The notes below the pieces were generated by a model that saw only the letters and a program-made list of their open reading frames with translations, searched no databases and was not told where the DNA came from. This document shows positions 39,801-52,159 of a stretch of 64,000 bases of DNA, piece after piece. Location of the stretch: positions 72,540,001-72,604,000 of the forward strand of contig CM059430.1 of NCBI GenBank assembly GCA_030390025.1, in the 5' to 3' direction. A program made the position numbers and the translations under genes. Each line of letters opens with the position of its first letter. Position 1 is the first letter of the stretch. Source of the stretch: Squalus acanthias (taxonomy: Eukaryota).

Positions 39801-42800
39801 CAGGCCCCTATATATAACACTGATACAGTTCAGGTCAGTAATGAGAATCTAAGGCTCTTACCCGGATCACAAACCGTGTAGCTGTCGTAGGCTGGAGCCC
39901 GGAGAGAGACATGAGACACCTGACATATATAAACGGACCAGTTCTCCACAGTGTTGAGGGAGCTGGAAACTTGATACAATCCCACCTCGTTCCGTCTTCC
40001 CGTCGTGTTTATCCCAGATGTAATTTCGGTGACATTTTTATACCAAGTGAGGTTAAATTCCTCCGGGAAAAAGTCAGCCGTTTGACAGAGGAGTGTGAGG
40101 GATGGAAAGGGCAGGCGGGTAATCTTCACAGGTGTTGGCGGCACTGGAAAGCAGTAAAAGGAAATGAGCTGACATCGTTATTCTTACATTACATTGGAGA
40201 TGGGAAGGGGCAGAAGGCCAGAAGGCTGCAGTGCAGTGTCTCTTTAAGAGGAATTTTTATCGCCATATTAATATTAATAATGAACGCTTTGTTTGCTTAC
40301 AACAGCAAATTGCAATATTTCTTTCGTTCTTGTCTTTATCCAGGACCCGATGACGGGAATGCCCTATATCTGTGGACTGAAACGAATTAAAGTCCTAATT
40401 AAACACACCCGCTCCAAGGGGCGTCTGAAAGCTCCCGCTACTCCTTTCTGCATGTGTATCGCTGTGACTGAGCTCCGGTGTTTAAATAGGTTTCAGGGTC
40501 ACTAGCAGAGAGACAACGTATTGTCATAGAATGCCATAACAGTACGATGAATGATAGGGCTAGATCTTGACTTTGTGCAATAGTGTAAATAGGCGATAGC
40601 AAATCGGTCGCCGGTTTTACATCTCTCCCGATTTTCCAACGAATAAAAATCGGGAGAGAAGTAAAACGGGCTATCACTAGTTTTACATTATCGCACACAG
40701 TCAAAATCTACCCAATGTCTCTGTTCGATTCTGGGAGTTGTTGCCAGGGTCTAATAAGAGTGAAGCTGCCCTGTACCATAGCTCACCCACTCGGTTCATT
40801 CACTCAAGTCCGGACCCCTATAATCGATCTGCGTAAATTATTTCAACTCTTCGCGCGTGTTCAGGTACAAAGTGAAACCGATGGAGCGGGAAAATTCATA
40901 ACAAAATAACCAGCTAACACATATGAGGGATAAGGTGCCGATTTTGCAGTTACAGAGATCCGTTTCGATCACATTTTAGGGAACAAAGAAATCCAGGAGA
41001 CAGTGCTCCCGGCATGGAGCCTTGAGGGACGAGATTGCGGGCTGAAATCTGACCCTGTGAAATGGCCCATGTTTGACCCGCACTTTGATCGGGCTAAGCT
41101 GGGTACCCCGATGCCCTGCCTCGCTCAATTTCTCCACGAACAGCTCATTTGTCCTCCTTTTTTCCGAGTGAAAGCATAGAAATGTAAGCACAGTAGGAGC
41201 CAACGTGCCCGGCCCATCACAGTCTCGCTCCCAACTCTCTGCCCAATATAATCCATTGCCCTTTCCCACGCATTTTCTTCATTTGTTTTTCTAATTCCCT
41301 CTAAACCGTCAGCTCGATTCCCTTTACTAGCCTCTTGTGCCGCTATATTCCATCTATATATCACCCGTTGAGTGCAATGTTTTCTCTGCCCTCACCTTTC
41401 TGTTTCTGGAGCTGATACTAAGTTTATTACCCCTTGTTACTCCTAATGTGGTCAGTGGAAATAACCTCTCAAACCTCTGAAACCTCTTCTCAAACCTCTT
41501 CTAATGAGACTCCCTCGAACTTTCTCAGCTCGACAGAATATACGCCGGGTTTTTTAAATCGCCCATCATAACCATCTTCTCTCATCCCTGGGATCATCAC
41601 AGTTAATTCGTCTTGCACTTTCTTGTTAACCTCAATGTCCTTTCTCTTATGGAACACTCAATATAACACGCATTCCTCTGAGTATAAACTGGTAAACTGG
41701 CTTGTCAAAGGACCAGTTGGAATTCAATCCTACTCTGAACCCCATTGTGCAACTTACATCGCCTGTGGACCATATAGTAAGATTTAAATATTGAAGCATA
41801 TATAATTCCCCTATAATCTTGACACAGAGAAACTATCAGACAGCGGTTAACATCTGACACCCCATTCTCCCCAGGAGAGAAGGTTCTCGTTAAAAACACT
41901 CCCCCATTATCCCTCCGATTGTTGGATTTAACGCCTAAATTTCCAGCGAGAGACAGAGGGTCGGATTTACGCTGTAACCGACAAAAAGTTTGAGAATGGG
42001 ACTGGGTTTATAAAACGGGCCCAGACGATACTATTGGTGACACAGACTGAGTTGGAACAGAAGATGACCGACGCACCGGCCTAGTGGCACGCAGTTTAGT
42101 AGTGTTTCATGGAAATGTTCCTCATCCAATGCTTGAAAAACCCTATTCCCAACTATGACGATCCTCATAACAATCTCACCTCTTACCCTCTGGTATCGAT
42201 TATGCAATTATCCATTTTAAAGGTCGAGCTTTTTCCTAACCAGGTCTGTGATATTTGGAACGGATCCACAGTTTGGATAAAGTGCTTCCAGTGCACATCC
42301 CTGCACTAATCAGAAGTCCAGCAGAGTTCTACAATATTCCCTCACTGTCCCTTCTTGCTCAGAGACTGATCCCACTGACTAACCTGGGTAAAGTGCACAG
42401 AAAGCGTATTCACTTCTTCAGCAGGATAAGAGGCGAGATCAAATCTATAATCAGTGTAAGTAAATCTCACCGTGTAAGTCAAATCGATAATCTGAGTCAA
42501 TATATCGCTGCGTGTAATCAAATCTATGTCAGTGTAAATAAAATCTATTACCTCAATAAAGAAATCTCACAGTGTAAATGAAATCCAACATTATTGAAAT
42601 AAAATCTAGGATTTTTTGCAGTAACATGTTGTTCAGAGTTTATCCCGTCACTCCTCTTTGTCCCGTTGATTAATTATTCGCTAGCTCTTGGTTTTGCTCT
42701 GCTCCCACCGTCCTTTATTTCTGTCTGTTGGCAATGCTTGCATCTATTTCCTAATAGTTGCTGATAATCTCACTGTAATATCCCCAGGTTTGAATCGCCA

Positions 42801-43782
42801 GGCCTTCGGGAAAAGTCCTTAGATTCCGGAGTGCCGGTTTGAATCGGGTCGGGAGGAGGACCTCAGTGATTAGAGGGTTGAAGGATTTTAATCCAGGCTG
42901 GATTCTATTCAGACCCAAATACAGCTTTCATTTTTCGATAATTGTTTAAAAGTAAACAAAAAACTTATTCAACACTTTCTATTTGTAAATATGTGATGTA
43001 AAGCAGATTTAAATAAATGATACAGACTAAGAGAACAGTGATTGACTGCAATCAGACAATCTGAGTTTCATTGTCCCGTGTTGGCTCATCGGTGCTGCTC
43101 GGTGAGAACAGACAGGATTCACTGCAACTAGGGAGAAAGCAACTACACCGAACCGAACAGAGGGAAAATACCTTGCTGCTCTTTTATTCAATATTCTCTC
43201 ATCTGCACCTGTATAATTTTACCGTGCACCACTATCCCCTCAGTGACACTCACCATGTACTGTAAGCTCAGTCCCATTCCCGTTGGAAATCTTTCTGCTC
43301 CCGTCTCTCACGCTGCAATAATAGACTCCGGAGTCCTGGAAACTCACATTCAGCAGATGGAACTCGGCAGATCCTTGCTTGAAAGGTATCATTTTTTTCC
43401 TTTTGTCTGCAGTCGGATCCAAAGTCCGATCCTGGCCAGCTCTCCGCCAATAAACATCCACCAATGCGTTGGGATCGAAAAGCGGGGCAGAGCAATACAT
43501 GGCCACATTTGCGCCTTTAACCGGAGTCAGCAGGGCGGGGAACTGAAGCACGGAGAGAGAGGCTCCGTCAGTTACTGTCAGAAATAAACACAAACACGGG
43601 TTATAGGCAGTGATAATGATCGGGAGGATGAAAAGGGAGGACATTATATGGGAGAAACATTACGAAAGAAAACGTTGAGTTTTTATTCACACTTTCCGAT
43701 TTATGAGACAGATATAAATATATAAACCTGTGTAAATAATGCCCAGCGCTGAGAGGTACGGCAGCACATCAAGTACAGGCAT
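30763..43782 (-). CDS. Gene B: spliced Ig-superfamily receptor, leader-VJ-C1-TM(Arg), ~256 aa; SIRP/NKp30/B7-H6-like domain types
   Basis: join(43728-43782, 43254-43574, 39862-40143, 30763-30875); all junctions are phase 1, GT-AG and in frame with no stops. The leader donor (GTTTAT) is weak. Confidence 0.82.
31005..32190 (-). mobile_element. CR1-clade LINE 3' fragment inserted in a microsatellite
   Basis: [10 protein letters not shown] and RT C-terminal ORF; 18-bp TSD GAAATAGATAGATAGAGA (30987-31004, 32191-32208); absent from gene A. Confidence 0.92.
33533..34248. mobile_element. GGGC-ended MITE
   Basis: Imperfect TIRs GGCCCAGAAATTGTGGT / ACCACAACATCCGGGC; absent from the paralogous site (~7245). 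Confidence 0.6.
34460..34642 (-). mobile_element. CR1 3' tail / SINE-like fragment
   Basis: Begins AACATAAGAACATAAG; reverse complement of the CR1 tail; absent from the gene A paralogous site. Confidence 0.75.
34722..37575. mobile_element. Cluster of CR1/L2-group LINE fragments (+ 34722-35520; - 35545-36890 and 37136-37575)
   Basis: [13 protein letters not shown] (endonuclease end), [37 protein letters not shown]. Confidence 0.8.
36900..37135 (+). mobile_element. RTE-clade LINE 3' end nested in the LINE cluster
   Basis: CPTC..CRSRIGL.SH.RTH-like C-terminus followed by an (AAG)n tail. Confidence 0.6.
37870..38703 (+). mobile_element. CR1 LINE 3' fragment splitting a relic C1 exon
   Basis: Homologous to 26230-27130. 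Confidence 0.85.
38705..38810 (-). pseudogene. Relic 5' half of an extra C1 exon in gene B
   Basis: Acceptor context gatgtcag..ctttcccag as at 40143; degenerate LSLQ-C..FLEEVDI versus LTLLC..FPEEFNL; a duplicate of the post-C1 intron with a mutated donor at 37725-37868. Confidence 0.45.
38985..39730 (-). mobile_element. Old CR1-like LINE fragment
   Basis: [29 protein letters not shown] resembles an RT C-terminal region. Confidence 0.6.
39862..40143 (-). CDS. Gene B Ig C1-set exon
   Basis: 282 bp, phase 1-1; [40 protein letters not shown]. Confidence 0.9.
43254..43574 (-). CDS. Gene B VJ-type Ig V-set exon
   Basis: 321 bp; B-strand Cys (AMYC), Trp (DVYW), DSGVYYC and a J-like GNGTELTV in a single exon. 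Confidence 0.92.
43728..43782 (-). CDS. Gene B leader exon ([18 protein letters not shown])
   Basis: 55 bp, phase 1, hydrophobic; 153-bp intron to the V exon. Confidence 0.7.
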
Positions 43783-44629
43783 TCTGAGCAAAAGCGATGA
43801 ATTCGATCACTCGTTTGTTGTAATTCAGCGGGAAACGCTGAAGGGTGCGGGGAGGGAGAGATCTGAGGACCATCTGGGTGTCGCAATAAGGCGCGCCACA
43901 GGATATCTGAGGCGGCAGCTTCAATGCTCTGGTTTCCCTTTATGGTAGATCTGTGAACACAGGTATGACAACACGTTGAAAGTTACCGTGATCCAGATCT
44001 CATTGGTGGCCAAGAGAAACCGGAACATATTTGCAACACGTGAATGATTCCGAATTGCAACAACTCTTGACTTAGCCGAACGCTGTCCAACCTGTTGCCG
44101 ATACCTAAGTGCAGGTGCCGTGAATGTGGTCTGTATCTGACTCTTTCGCCACGCCCCCATGTATCGCCCGGAGAAGTGTTGAGCCACAAAGTGCAGAAGA
44201 TCGTACGTCCCAACCCTGCTCGTTTTTTGAGTTGGCTGAACTGAGTTTTGACCGTTTGCTACAACTGCCCAGAGACCCGGCGATATGGAGGGGAAAATCG
44301 GGCAGAAAATTTCCTTGTTGATTAGACTGGCCCCTTTGCACCGAGGCAGGCGCACAGCGACTGACGAGAATGACTCTTTCAACAGAAATTAGCTGTAGAA
44401 ATTGATGGGCTCTCGTGACACCAGCCGATTGCACAGAGATTATTAACTGGAGTCTAAACACTAATTATAACATATGGTTCTCAAGGTTTAGTCGCCATTT
44501 ACTAACAGTTTCGAAGGTGCGACTACTTGGTCGAAACTAATGCAGTTGGTGACTGGTTTCAGAGCCTTTCGGGAGATGAGATAGTTAGCCCGAATATTTG
44601 AATTGGAACAAGTCAGACCGACTGCAGAA

Positions 44630-47600
44630 TTTGGATTTATATAGCGCCTGTAACGTAGGAAATTGTCCCTAAGCACACCGAGGGGTGACTAAGAGCTTTG
44701 TCCAAGAGTTAGGTTTTAAGGAGGATCTTAAAGGTGGACAGAGAGGTGGCGAGGTTTACGGAGGGAATTCCAGATCTTAGAGCCTAGGTGAGTGAAGGTA
44801 CGACAGCCAATGGTGGTGCAAGGGTGTGATGAGTGGACAAGAGGCCAGCAGATTTGGAGAAACGCAGGATTATCAGAGGGTTGTCGGGCTGCAGGAGGTT
44901 ACAGAGATAGAGAGGGGCGAGGCAATGGAGGGAGCTGAACACGAGCATGGTAATTTTGCATTTGAGGTGTTGGTGGACCGGGAGTTAATGACGTCTGCGA
45001 GCACAGGAGTGGTGCATGACTGAGATTTGGAGTCTTAGGATAAGGAAAGCAGAGTTTTGGATGAGCTCAGGTTTGTGGAGGGTGAAAGATTGGAGGCTGG
45101 CCAGGAGCGCATTGGAATAGTCGAGTCTGGAAGTAACAATGGCATGGATGTGGGTTTTAGTATCAGATGGGCTGAGGCAGGGGTGGATATGGCAATTTTA
45201 CCAAGGAGGAAGTAGGTGGGCTTTGTGGTCGGAAGCTCAGCTCAAGGTCAATTAAGGCTCCAAGGTTGGTAACAGTCTGGTATATCCTTAGACAGTGGCC
45301 AGCGAGAGGTATGGCATCGACAGCTAGAGAACAGGTTTTGTGGCTGGAGATGATTAAATGCCTTCAGTCTTTCGAATGTTCAATTGGAGCAAATTGCGGT
45401 CCATCCAGGACTGTATGTCAGACAAGCAGGCTTACAACACAGAGGCAGTGGAGAGTTGGACAGAGGTGGTGATGAGGTAGAGCTTGTAGGGGGTGGTGTG
45501 TCGGGTCAGCCTTCACCTCTGACTCAGTGAGCAGTTCGAATCGCTCCCACACCCCTGGTTCTAGACTTTGGACTTATTTAGGGGTTGCGAACTAAGCTGC
45601 AGTAGACAACAGGTTCTGATGAAAGAATTTTTACTTTATTAGAAGAAAAAGGTAACAAACTTAAAACACACTTAACACTTAAACACAGGTTGGGGAGCAC
45701 ACGGTACATGCGAGGGAGAATGACGATATACAAAAAAAGCCTTATCCCTCCCAAAAATGCCACTATCTAGCTAGGTTTTGGTTTCAGGAGATCAGGGATA
45801 ATGCTCACCAAACGAATCCTTGAAAGTTGAGAGTTAGGGTTGAGGGTTAGGGTTTAGAGTCTTTTGAGTAAAAACTTTCATAAGGCCCTTGTTGCTGCGA
45901 GGTGTCCGATGGTCACTGAGGCAGTTGCTCTGGTTTCTTCTTGCGTGTTGGTCTGCTTGTGAAGTTGTTGGCCTTCTTTCCTCCTCCTGCTCGTGGCTTG
46001 TGGTGTCTTGCTGTAAAAGAGCTGAGAGAGAGTTGTGCGAGGGTTGAAAGCGTTGTCAGAGAGTCCAGACAGACTGTCTTGGGGATTTCGGCACCCAATT
46101 ATACTGTTCAGGCCCTTCGTCCTTTTCGCGCCCAAAACCCCTTACTAAATCGGTTTCCTTTAGATTTCAATTGAGCCCTGTTTATTCCATTGTCTTAGTT
46201 TTGGCGGGCTTGTAAGTTTCGATGGCTTTAACTTGGTGTTAAACATGACCTGATGGCTTCCGTTGTTTCCCATTTAGGCAGGGCCTTTATCTACACGCCA
46301 AATCTTGTCCCTATTGCCCTAGGTTTTTGGCGGGCTTGTAAATCTGTCCCTGTGGATTCCTGGTTAATTAGTTTTTGATGAAGTAATCGGGGTACAAAAT
46401 GTTTTATTGATTTCAGGCTTCTGGTATCCTGTTTGGGCCTGGGAATTTCAAAAGAGGGTCTTGGATTATTCATATTTCGAAGTGAGTGTGAGGCTTTGGG
46501 TTTGTCTCTTCCTCCTTGGTAGGATTGCAGTGTAAACAATTCCCAGACAGCTTGATTGGACCCCAAGATCCAAAGCTGTCCACTGCCTGGCCACGCACTT
46601 CTGCAGCCTGTCTTGTGTCTGTGAAAGGTGTCTTTCCTAACAGTGAGATTCAAAAGTCATTTTCCTCTGGGTTTTTCTTCCCTGATCTTTAAAATGTCTA
46701 AAACTGTGGTTTTTACCTCAAATCACTTCACGTATGTCCCATCATCCCATGTTTGCATGAAAGGTCCAAAAATCACTCCCTTTAGGGTTCTGTTCGAGTT
46801 TCTGGGGGATTTTGCGAAGCCTACAAGCTGGATGTCGTCAGTGTACATGTGGAACCTAATGCCAAGTATTTGAATGATGTCACCGAGGGACAGCATGCCG
46901 ATAAGAAATAGGGAGGGGGGGGGGCAATGATCGATTCTTGCGGGACTCCTGATGGGATTCTCTTGCAATGATTTTATAAGTAAGAGTGGAACCAATAGAG
47001 GGCAGTCCAATTCAGCTCGACATTGGAGGAGAGAAGTTAAAGGAGGATGACCTGCTCGTCACTGCCAAAGTCTCAGAGAGATCGAGAAGAACGAGGATGG
47101 ATAGTGCACCATGGTCACAATCACATGGGATGTCCATTGTGACTTTGATTAGGGTCATTTCAGTGCAGCGTGATGGGTGGAAATCTGATTGGAGAGGTTC
47201 TAACATGGAGTTGCGGGAAAGACGGCATGGGTTTGGCTGATGACAAAATATTCAAGGCTTTGGAGATGATATGGAAGTTTGCAAGTACAGACGAGTCAAG
47301 GGTGTTTTGTTTAGGAGTAGGTGATGACGGCAGCTTTGAAAGGGAGGGGATTGATGCAGAGGAAAGTGAACAGGATACAATATCATCCAGCATGGGCCAT
47401 AGGAATGGAAGTTGAGTTGTCAGCTGTTTAATGTTAATCGGGCTGACAGAGCAGAAAGTGGGTCTCGAAGATAAGATGAGAACGGAAATGGGAATGAGGA
47501 GAGATAGGACAAAAACTAGAGAAATCTGTGGCTTCAGAGCTGGGGTGCGGAAATCTTGGGGGACATTTTATTTGGTGGGCTAGCGGAAGGGAGGGATACA

Positions 47601-48420
47601 GCAGAGACAGTTGACTGGACGGTCTCAATCTTAGTGACATAGAAGTCCCTGAGCTCCATACACCTGTTGGAGGTGAGGGTGGAGGAGGCAGGGAAGAGTG
47701 ATTTCTGAAGACGGATTCTGGTGGAGAAAAGAAGTAGGGGTTATATTCGCATTCCAGGATGATCCTGGAGTAGTGAGCAGATTTGCCAGATGAGAGCAGG
47801 GCCCATTCGTACTTTAGGTGTTCCAACTGAATCTGGCGATGAATTGCTAAAACTGTTGTGCAACAGATACATTGAAATCTGCACCTTTTTGATTTGAGGA
47901 ATCAAAGACGGGGGACGTACCAGGGGGAACTACCAGGGTGGGAATGAATAGGAGTTTTATTGGAGACAAGGGCATCAAAAACAAAGGTGAGGGATTGAGT
48001 GAGAAAATCGACAGCCGCAGAACTATCATGAGGAACAGAGGGTCAAAGGCTAGATTGTTGGAATTTTGAAGGGGCAATTTTAGACGACAAGGGGAAGAAT
48101 ATTTTTTACAGGGCGGACACAGAAGGTTTGGGGTTGAATGGGGAATATGAGTGGTGTGAGATACAAGGAACTGATCATAAATTGCCTTGTCTGGGCTTGA
48201 GATATTGGGAATTAAGAAGCCACATGAGATGGATTCGGTCGACGATGTGATCATGATTATAAGTAGGAGAGTTTATGTGAAAGGAAGGGTTAAGGGAGGA
48301 CAGGAGAGAAGTGAACTCAGAGGACAGAGGGCAAGGTGAGTTGAGATGTAGTGTGAAATTAGCAAGAATGAAGAATCTCTCAGTGCAAAGGCTGAGGGAG
48401 GAAAGGAAGGAGAGTATCTC
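44630..48420 (-). mobile_element. L2-clade LINE remnant split by a solo LTR
   Basis: LQSDFHPSRCTEMTLIKV..LVLLDLS and FHMYTDDIQL; sequence is continuous across the 45485-46825 insertion. Confidence 0.8.
45485..46825 (-). mobile_element. Solo LTR (1341 bp)
   Basis: TGTAGG...CCTACA termini, 4-bp TSD AGCT (45481-45484, 46826-46829), no coding capacity; strand inferred from a minus-strand AATAAA near 45635. Confidence 0.8.
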
Positions 48421-48857
48421 AGTGAGAAACTCGGGATAGATCTTGAGTGGGCTTTAGAGATGTCGGATTTTAAAGGAGGCGAGAGGGGTGGAACATGGCA
48501 GCACACACAGCAGGCAGACAGGAAATGATGCCAGTGATTGTATAGATACAGAGATTGGCTGTTCTGGGACATATGAACTAAAATCGTTTCCTATCAGGAG
48601 ATTACACAGAGGTGATTATGTTATATGTTCTCAGAGTAGTAGATGACCTCACTTCCTTACAGAGTGTGTAAGTTGCCGAGAGGCTGGGGACTCTTAGAAA
48701 AGAACTAGGACGTGAGTTTCAGTGTTTGGTATATACCTGTGACTAAATTTCATTGAAATTGAAGCGGCTTAGAATAAACCTTTATAATCGTACAGATCTT
48801 TTATCCAACACACTCACTATCTTCAGTTAACTCATAGGTAAAATACTTGGTAAACAC

Positions 48858-49298
48858 CATTGTTCAGTTCGTAAGCTTGACCCGGAGCTTCCGGTCGCTT
48901 GCCAATTTTCCCACTCCCACTCTGACCTCTCTGTCCTCGGCCTCCTAATCTGTTCCAGTGAAACTCAACGGAAGTTCGAGTAACAGCCCTCATCTTTCGC
49001 TTAGGCACTTTACAACCTTCCAGACTCAACATCGAGTTCAACAATTTAAGATCATAACCATTGCTCCCACTTTTTCGCCAGCAGCTGGTAATGATTCTGT
49101 TGTTCATTTCATCATGCCTGCCTTCCACACTGTCACAGACCTTTCCTTTTGTTCTTTCCTCCCCTCCCCCCTTTCCCTGCCTCTGCACTTGCTTAAAACC
49201 TGCTACATCTCTAACATTTTTCAGTTCTGTCGAAAGGTCATCGATCTGATACGTTAACTTTGTTTCTCTCCCACAGAGGCTGCCGGACCTGCTGAATA
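48858..49298 (+). mobile_element. Penelope family 2, degenerate 3' fragment
   Basis: Homologous to the reverse complement of 12840-13440; hammerhead core is mutated (CTGTCGA..GATA). Confidence 0.8.
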
Positions 49299-49454
49299 TA
49301 CCCACCTCCACTAATGTTTGTACACTCACACCATTCTCCCACTGATTGCTATACGTCCACTTCTCTCACTGATCATTATACACACACCTATTTGATGTGG
49401 TCACTTTAACGGAATTTGTCACAGTACATAAGAAAGAAACACGATTGACATCGT

Positions 49455-49715
49455 TTATATTCTGGGTTTCATTCACAAACCAGCACGCTGTCACTATGAG
49501 TCTCCCCAGCAGATTAATTTAAACTAACCAGTGATTCTGTTCCGGGGTTAAGTACTCACTTTGTTTAAGCACCGACTGCTTCCAGTTATTCAGAAATCTC
49601 CTTTCTTTTTAACAGTCACACACCTGAAAAGGCACTGGCATCAATTGCTCAAAATTTTAATGACTGGATGAAATCAGCTAATTAACATAAACGAATAAGT
49701 GCAGAGGCTGTGCCG
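49455..49715 (+). pseudogene. Inverted relic of a third receptor-gene copy (last intron and terminal exon)
   Basis: Aligns by eye with the reverse complement of ~28733-28985, including the acceptor ctttctttttaacag|tcacacac. Confidence 0.6.
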
Positions 49716-50110
49716 ACAGGCATTGGAAAGACGAAACTCCATTAATACATGGTTCTGTTGCATTATCTGGAACAAAACGCCAATAGCCTTGAAATTACGG
49801 TGCCTTTGATGGCGTACACCGTCGCAATCCTTCTGAAAGGCCCTGCGACTTCCAAGTTTCCGCATGCACTTGCGTGAAAACCCGGGACTTGCGATCTTAC
49901 AAGGTACGCATTGACAGATCACCCAAACCCAAAGTAAATTCAGTTTCGCAGGTGCCGTGTTGGGCTATTTACCCAACAACTGCACAGCAATTGCCCACAA
50001 AAGTCTTACGGCTGGAAAAAGCAGGCGTAGCGCTTGCTTTCATCAGTGTAAGGGTTATTATAAATCTTAAATTAAACATTTAAAATAAAGAAATGATGCA
50101 CAAGCACTTA

Positions 50111-51644
50111 GGGCCGTAATTTGCAGCCCCCACGGGTGCGTCCGAGGTGTGCACGTGCCCATAAGGGCCGCGCAAGTTCCAAATTCAAGCATGTGAGGCC
50201 CATGCGCGAAAACCCGGTACTTGCGACCTGTCAAGAATTTTCTTGACAGATCGTAAGAAACCCCGGGAAAAGGGCCTCGGCGAGCATCGAGTTGGTTTAT
50301 TTGCCCAACTTCTGCCCAGCGAGTGCCCATGAAATTATTACGCCTGGTAAAAGCAGGCGTAAGGCCTGTTGTTACCAGCCTAAGAGTATTAAAACACAGA
50401 AAAATAAAATTTTACCAATAGTTTATAGACTTAAAAATCTGTGAAATATGTTAAGTTTATTTTTATCCCCTTTAAAACATGTAAATTTACATTACAAAAA
50501 ATATTTTTTTGTTTTAAATATTTAATTAACTGTTATTTTAATTAATTTTAAATATGTGACTCTTTTTTATTTATTTGAAGTGTAGAAGTATTTTTTTGGG
50601 TATTCCCATTCATTCTAAACTGATTTCCGTACATACGGAATCCCCAAAAGTATGAATGGGGACCCCCTTCTGTCATTCATTCAGCCGAACCACGTGAGCC
50701 CCGGGGCGTTTGTGAACCGCTTGCGCTCCTGGGATATGTGGGCCTCTGCCTGCACGTACCCGGAGAGGCCCAGGTTTGCGAGTCTCCGTACCTCCCGGAC
50801 CATCAGGTACGTGGACATACTGGCCCGAAAATTAAACCTAATACCCGAGAGTACGCACTGTGTACTCTCGCGTATTAGATACCGAATTGCCGCTTTCCTG
50901 CATGCACTGCGCATGCGCGGGAAACCGGCACTTCGTGAATTGAAAAGGGGGGGGTTCCTAAGTGAACCGCGTGCACACTACAGGCTGTGCGCACGCAGTG
51001 CACTTAGTTATATTTTTGCTTTGAACGCGCAGGTAAGTGGTGAAGATTTTACACATAAAGAAAGCAGGCGTAGGACACCCTTTTAACAAGGTAAGTAGTT
51101 AATTAAGAGTAATTTTAATTTTTTTTCAAGAGGTTTATCTTTTTTAGAGACTTTAAAGAAAGGTAAGTTTATTTTTATAACTTTTAAAAAGATTTTAAAT
51201 TATTTCAAAAATTTAATTTTTTGTTTAAAGTGGTTAATTTATTTAACTATACTTATTTTATTAATGTGATGGCTTTTTAAAAAAAATTAATTGAGGTTTA
51301 GCTGTTCTTTTGGGGGTGTGTAGTATTCATAGCTTTGGCAGGTCTTCTTGTCAAAACTATGATTGAAAGATGGTGTGCTGCCATTGGCTCTAACTGAATC
51401 ACGTGATCCCAGAGCTCGCACGAACTAATTGCGTCTCTGGGTCACACAAGCACTGCACGGTTCCAAGAGAGAGAGCCTTTCAAAGTAAAGTTCGTGTGGG
51501 CCCGAAGCAAAAAGGTAGGCGCGGAGTGCGATATCGCGGGGAATCCTTACCCCCGCGGGAACCCTCACTGTTTAATTTCTGGGCCTTTATTTGCGGATCG
51601 GAGGCATTTCCCCGCGGGAAGCCTCCTACCGCAAATTCAGGGCC
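50111..51644. mobile_element. GGGC-ended MITE containing a nested copy (50822-51585) of the 843-1602 MITE
   Basis: Outer imperfect TIRs GGGCCGTAATTTGC / GCAAATTCAGGGCC; the inner copy aligns end to end with 843-1602. Confidence 0.65.
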
Positions 51645-52159
51645 ATTAAATTAGTTTATGGAAATATTGGCCCGGATTAAAATGTGTAAAATGATTTTAT
51701 TAAATTACATTTTTATTGTATTTGGTGTAATGAAGGAACTTTTAATTACATTTGAAAATCGGAATATTTATATTTGTTAGAATTGCGTAAATGGTTTAAT
51801 TGTTTAGGGATTCCATTGCATGTCATTAGGGGATTTAGTTCGGAACTGCAATGGAATCCTCCTTTGTGATTCGAGGACCGGGCCCAAGTGATCCCAGGGA
51901 GGCGTACGAACCGCCTCCATCCCTAGGATACGTGGGCATTTGCACAGGCATATACCTGGAGTCCCATGACCCAAACTCTCCACAGTCTGGGAGTCTGGAG
52001 CTAAGTTCAGAAATGTTTCGTGGGTTAGAGGTGTACTCTGGAGGTACACCTCCGACAGCAATTTCAGGGACAATGTGTTTGTCGACGTTAACCAATTTGC
52101 AGTTGTCCGAGACACGTTGCTGTGATTGATGTGGCAAGAATTTTGTTTGACGTTAATGA

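Noticed and set aside
43200-43260. Gene B as a rearranging Ig/TCR locus
   Set aside because: The V and J-like strands are in one exon ending in a splice donor; no heptamer-nonamer RSS or separate D/J segments were seen.
45834-45856. Interstitial telomere
   Set aside because: Only about three imperfect TTAGGG units inside a solo LTR.
48663-48716. Small AG...GT-bounded candidate exon on the plus strand
   Set aside because: Stops in all three frames and no homolog recognised in genes A or B.
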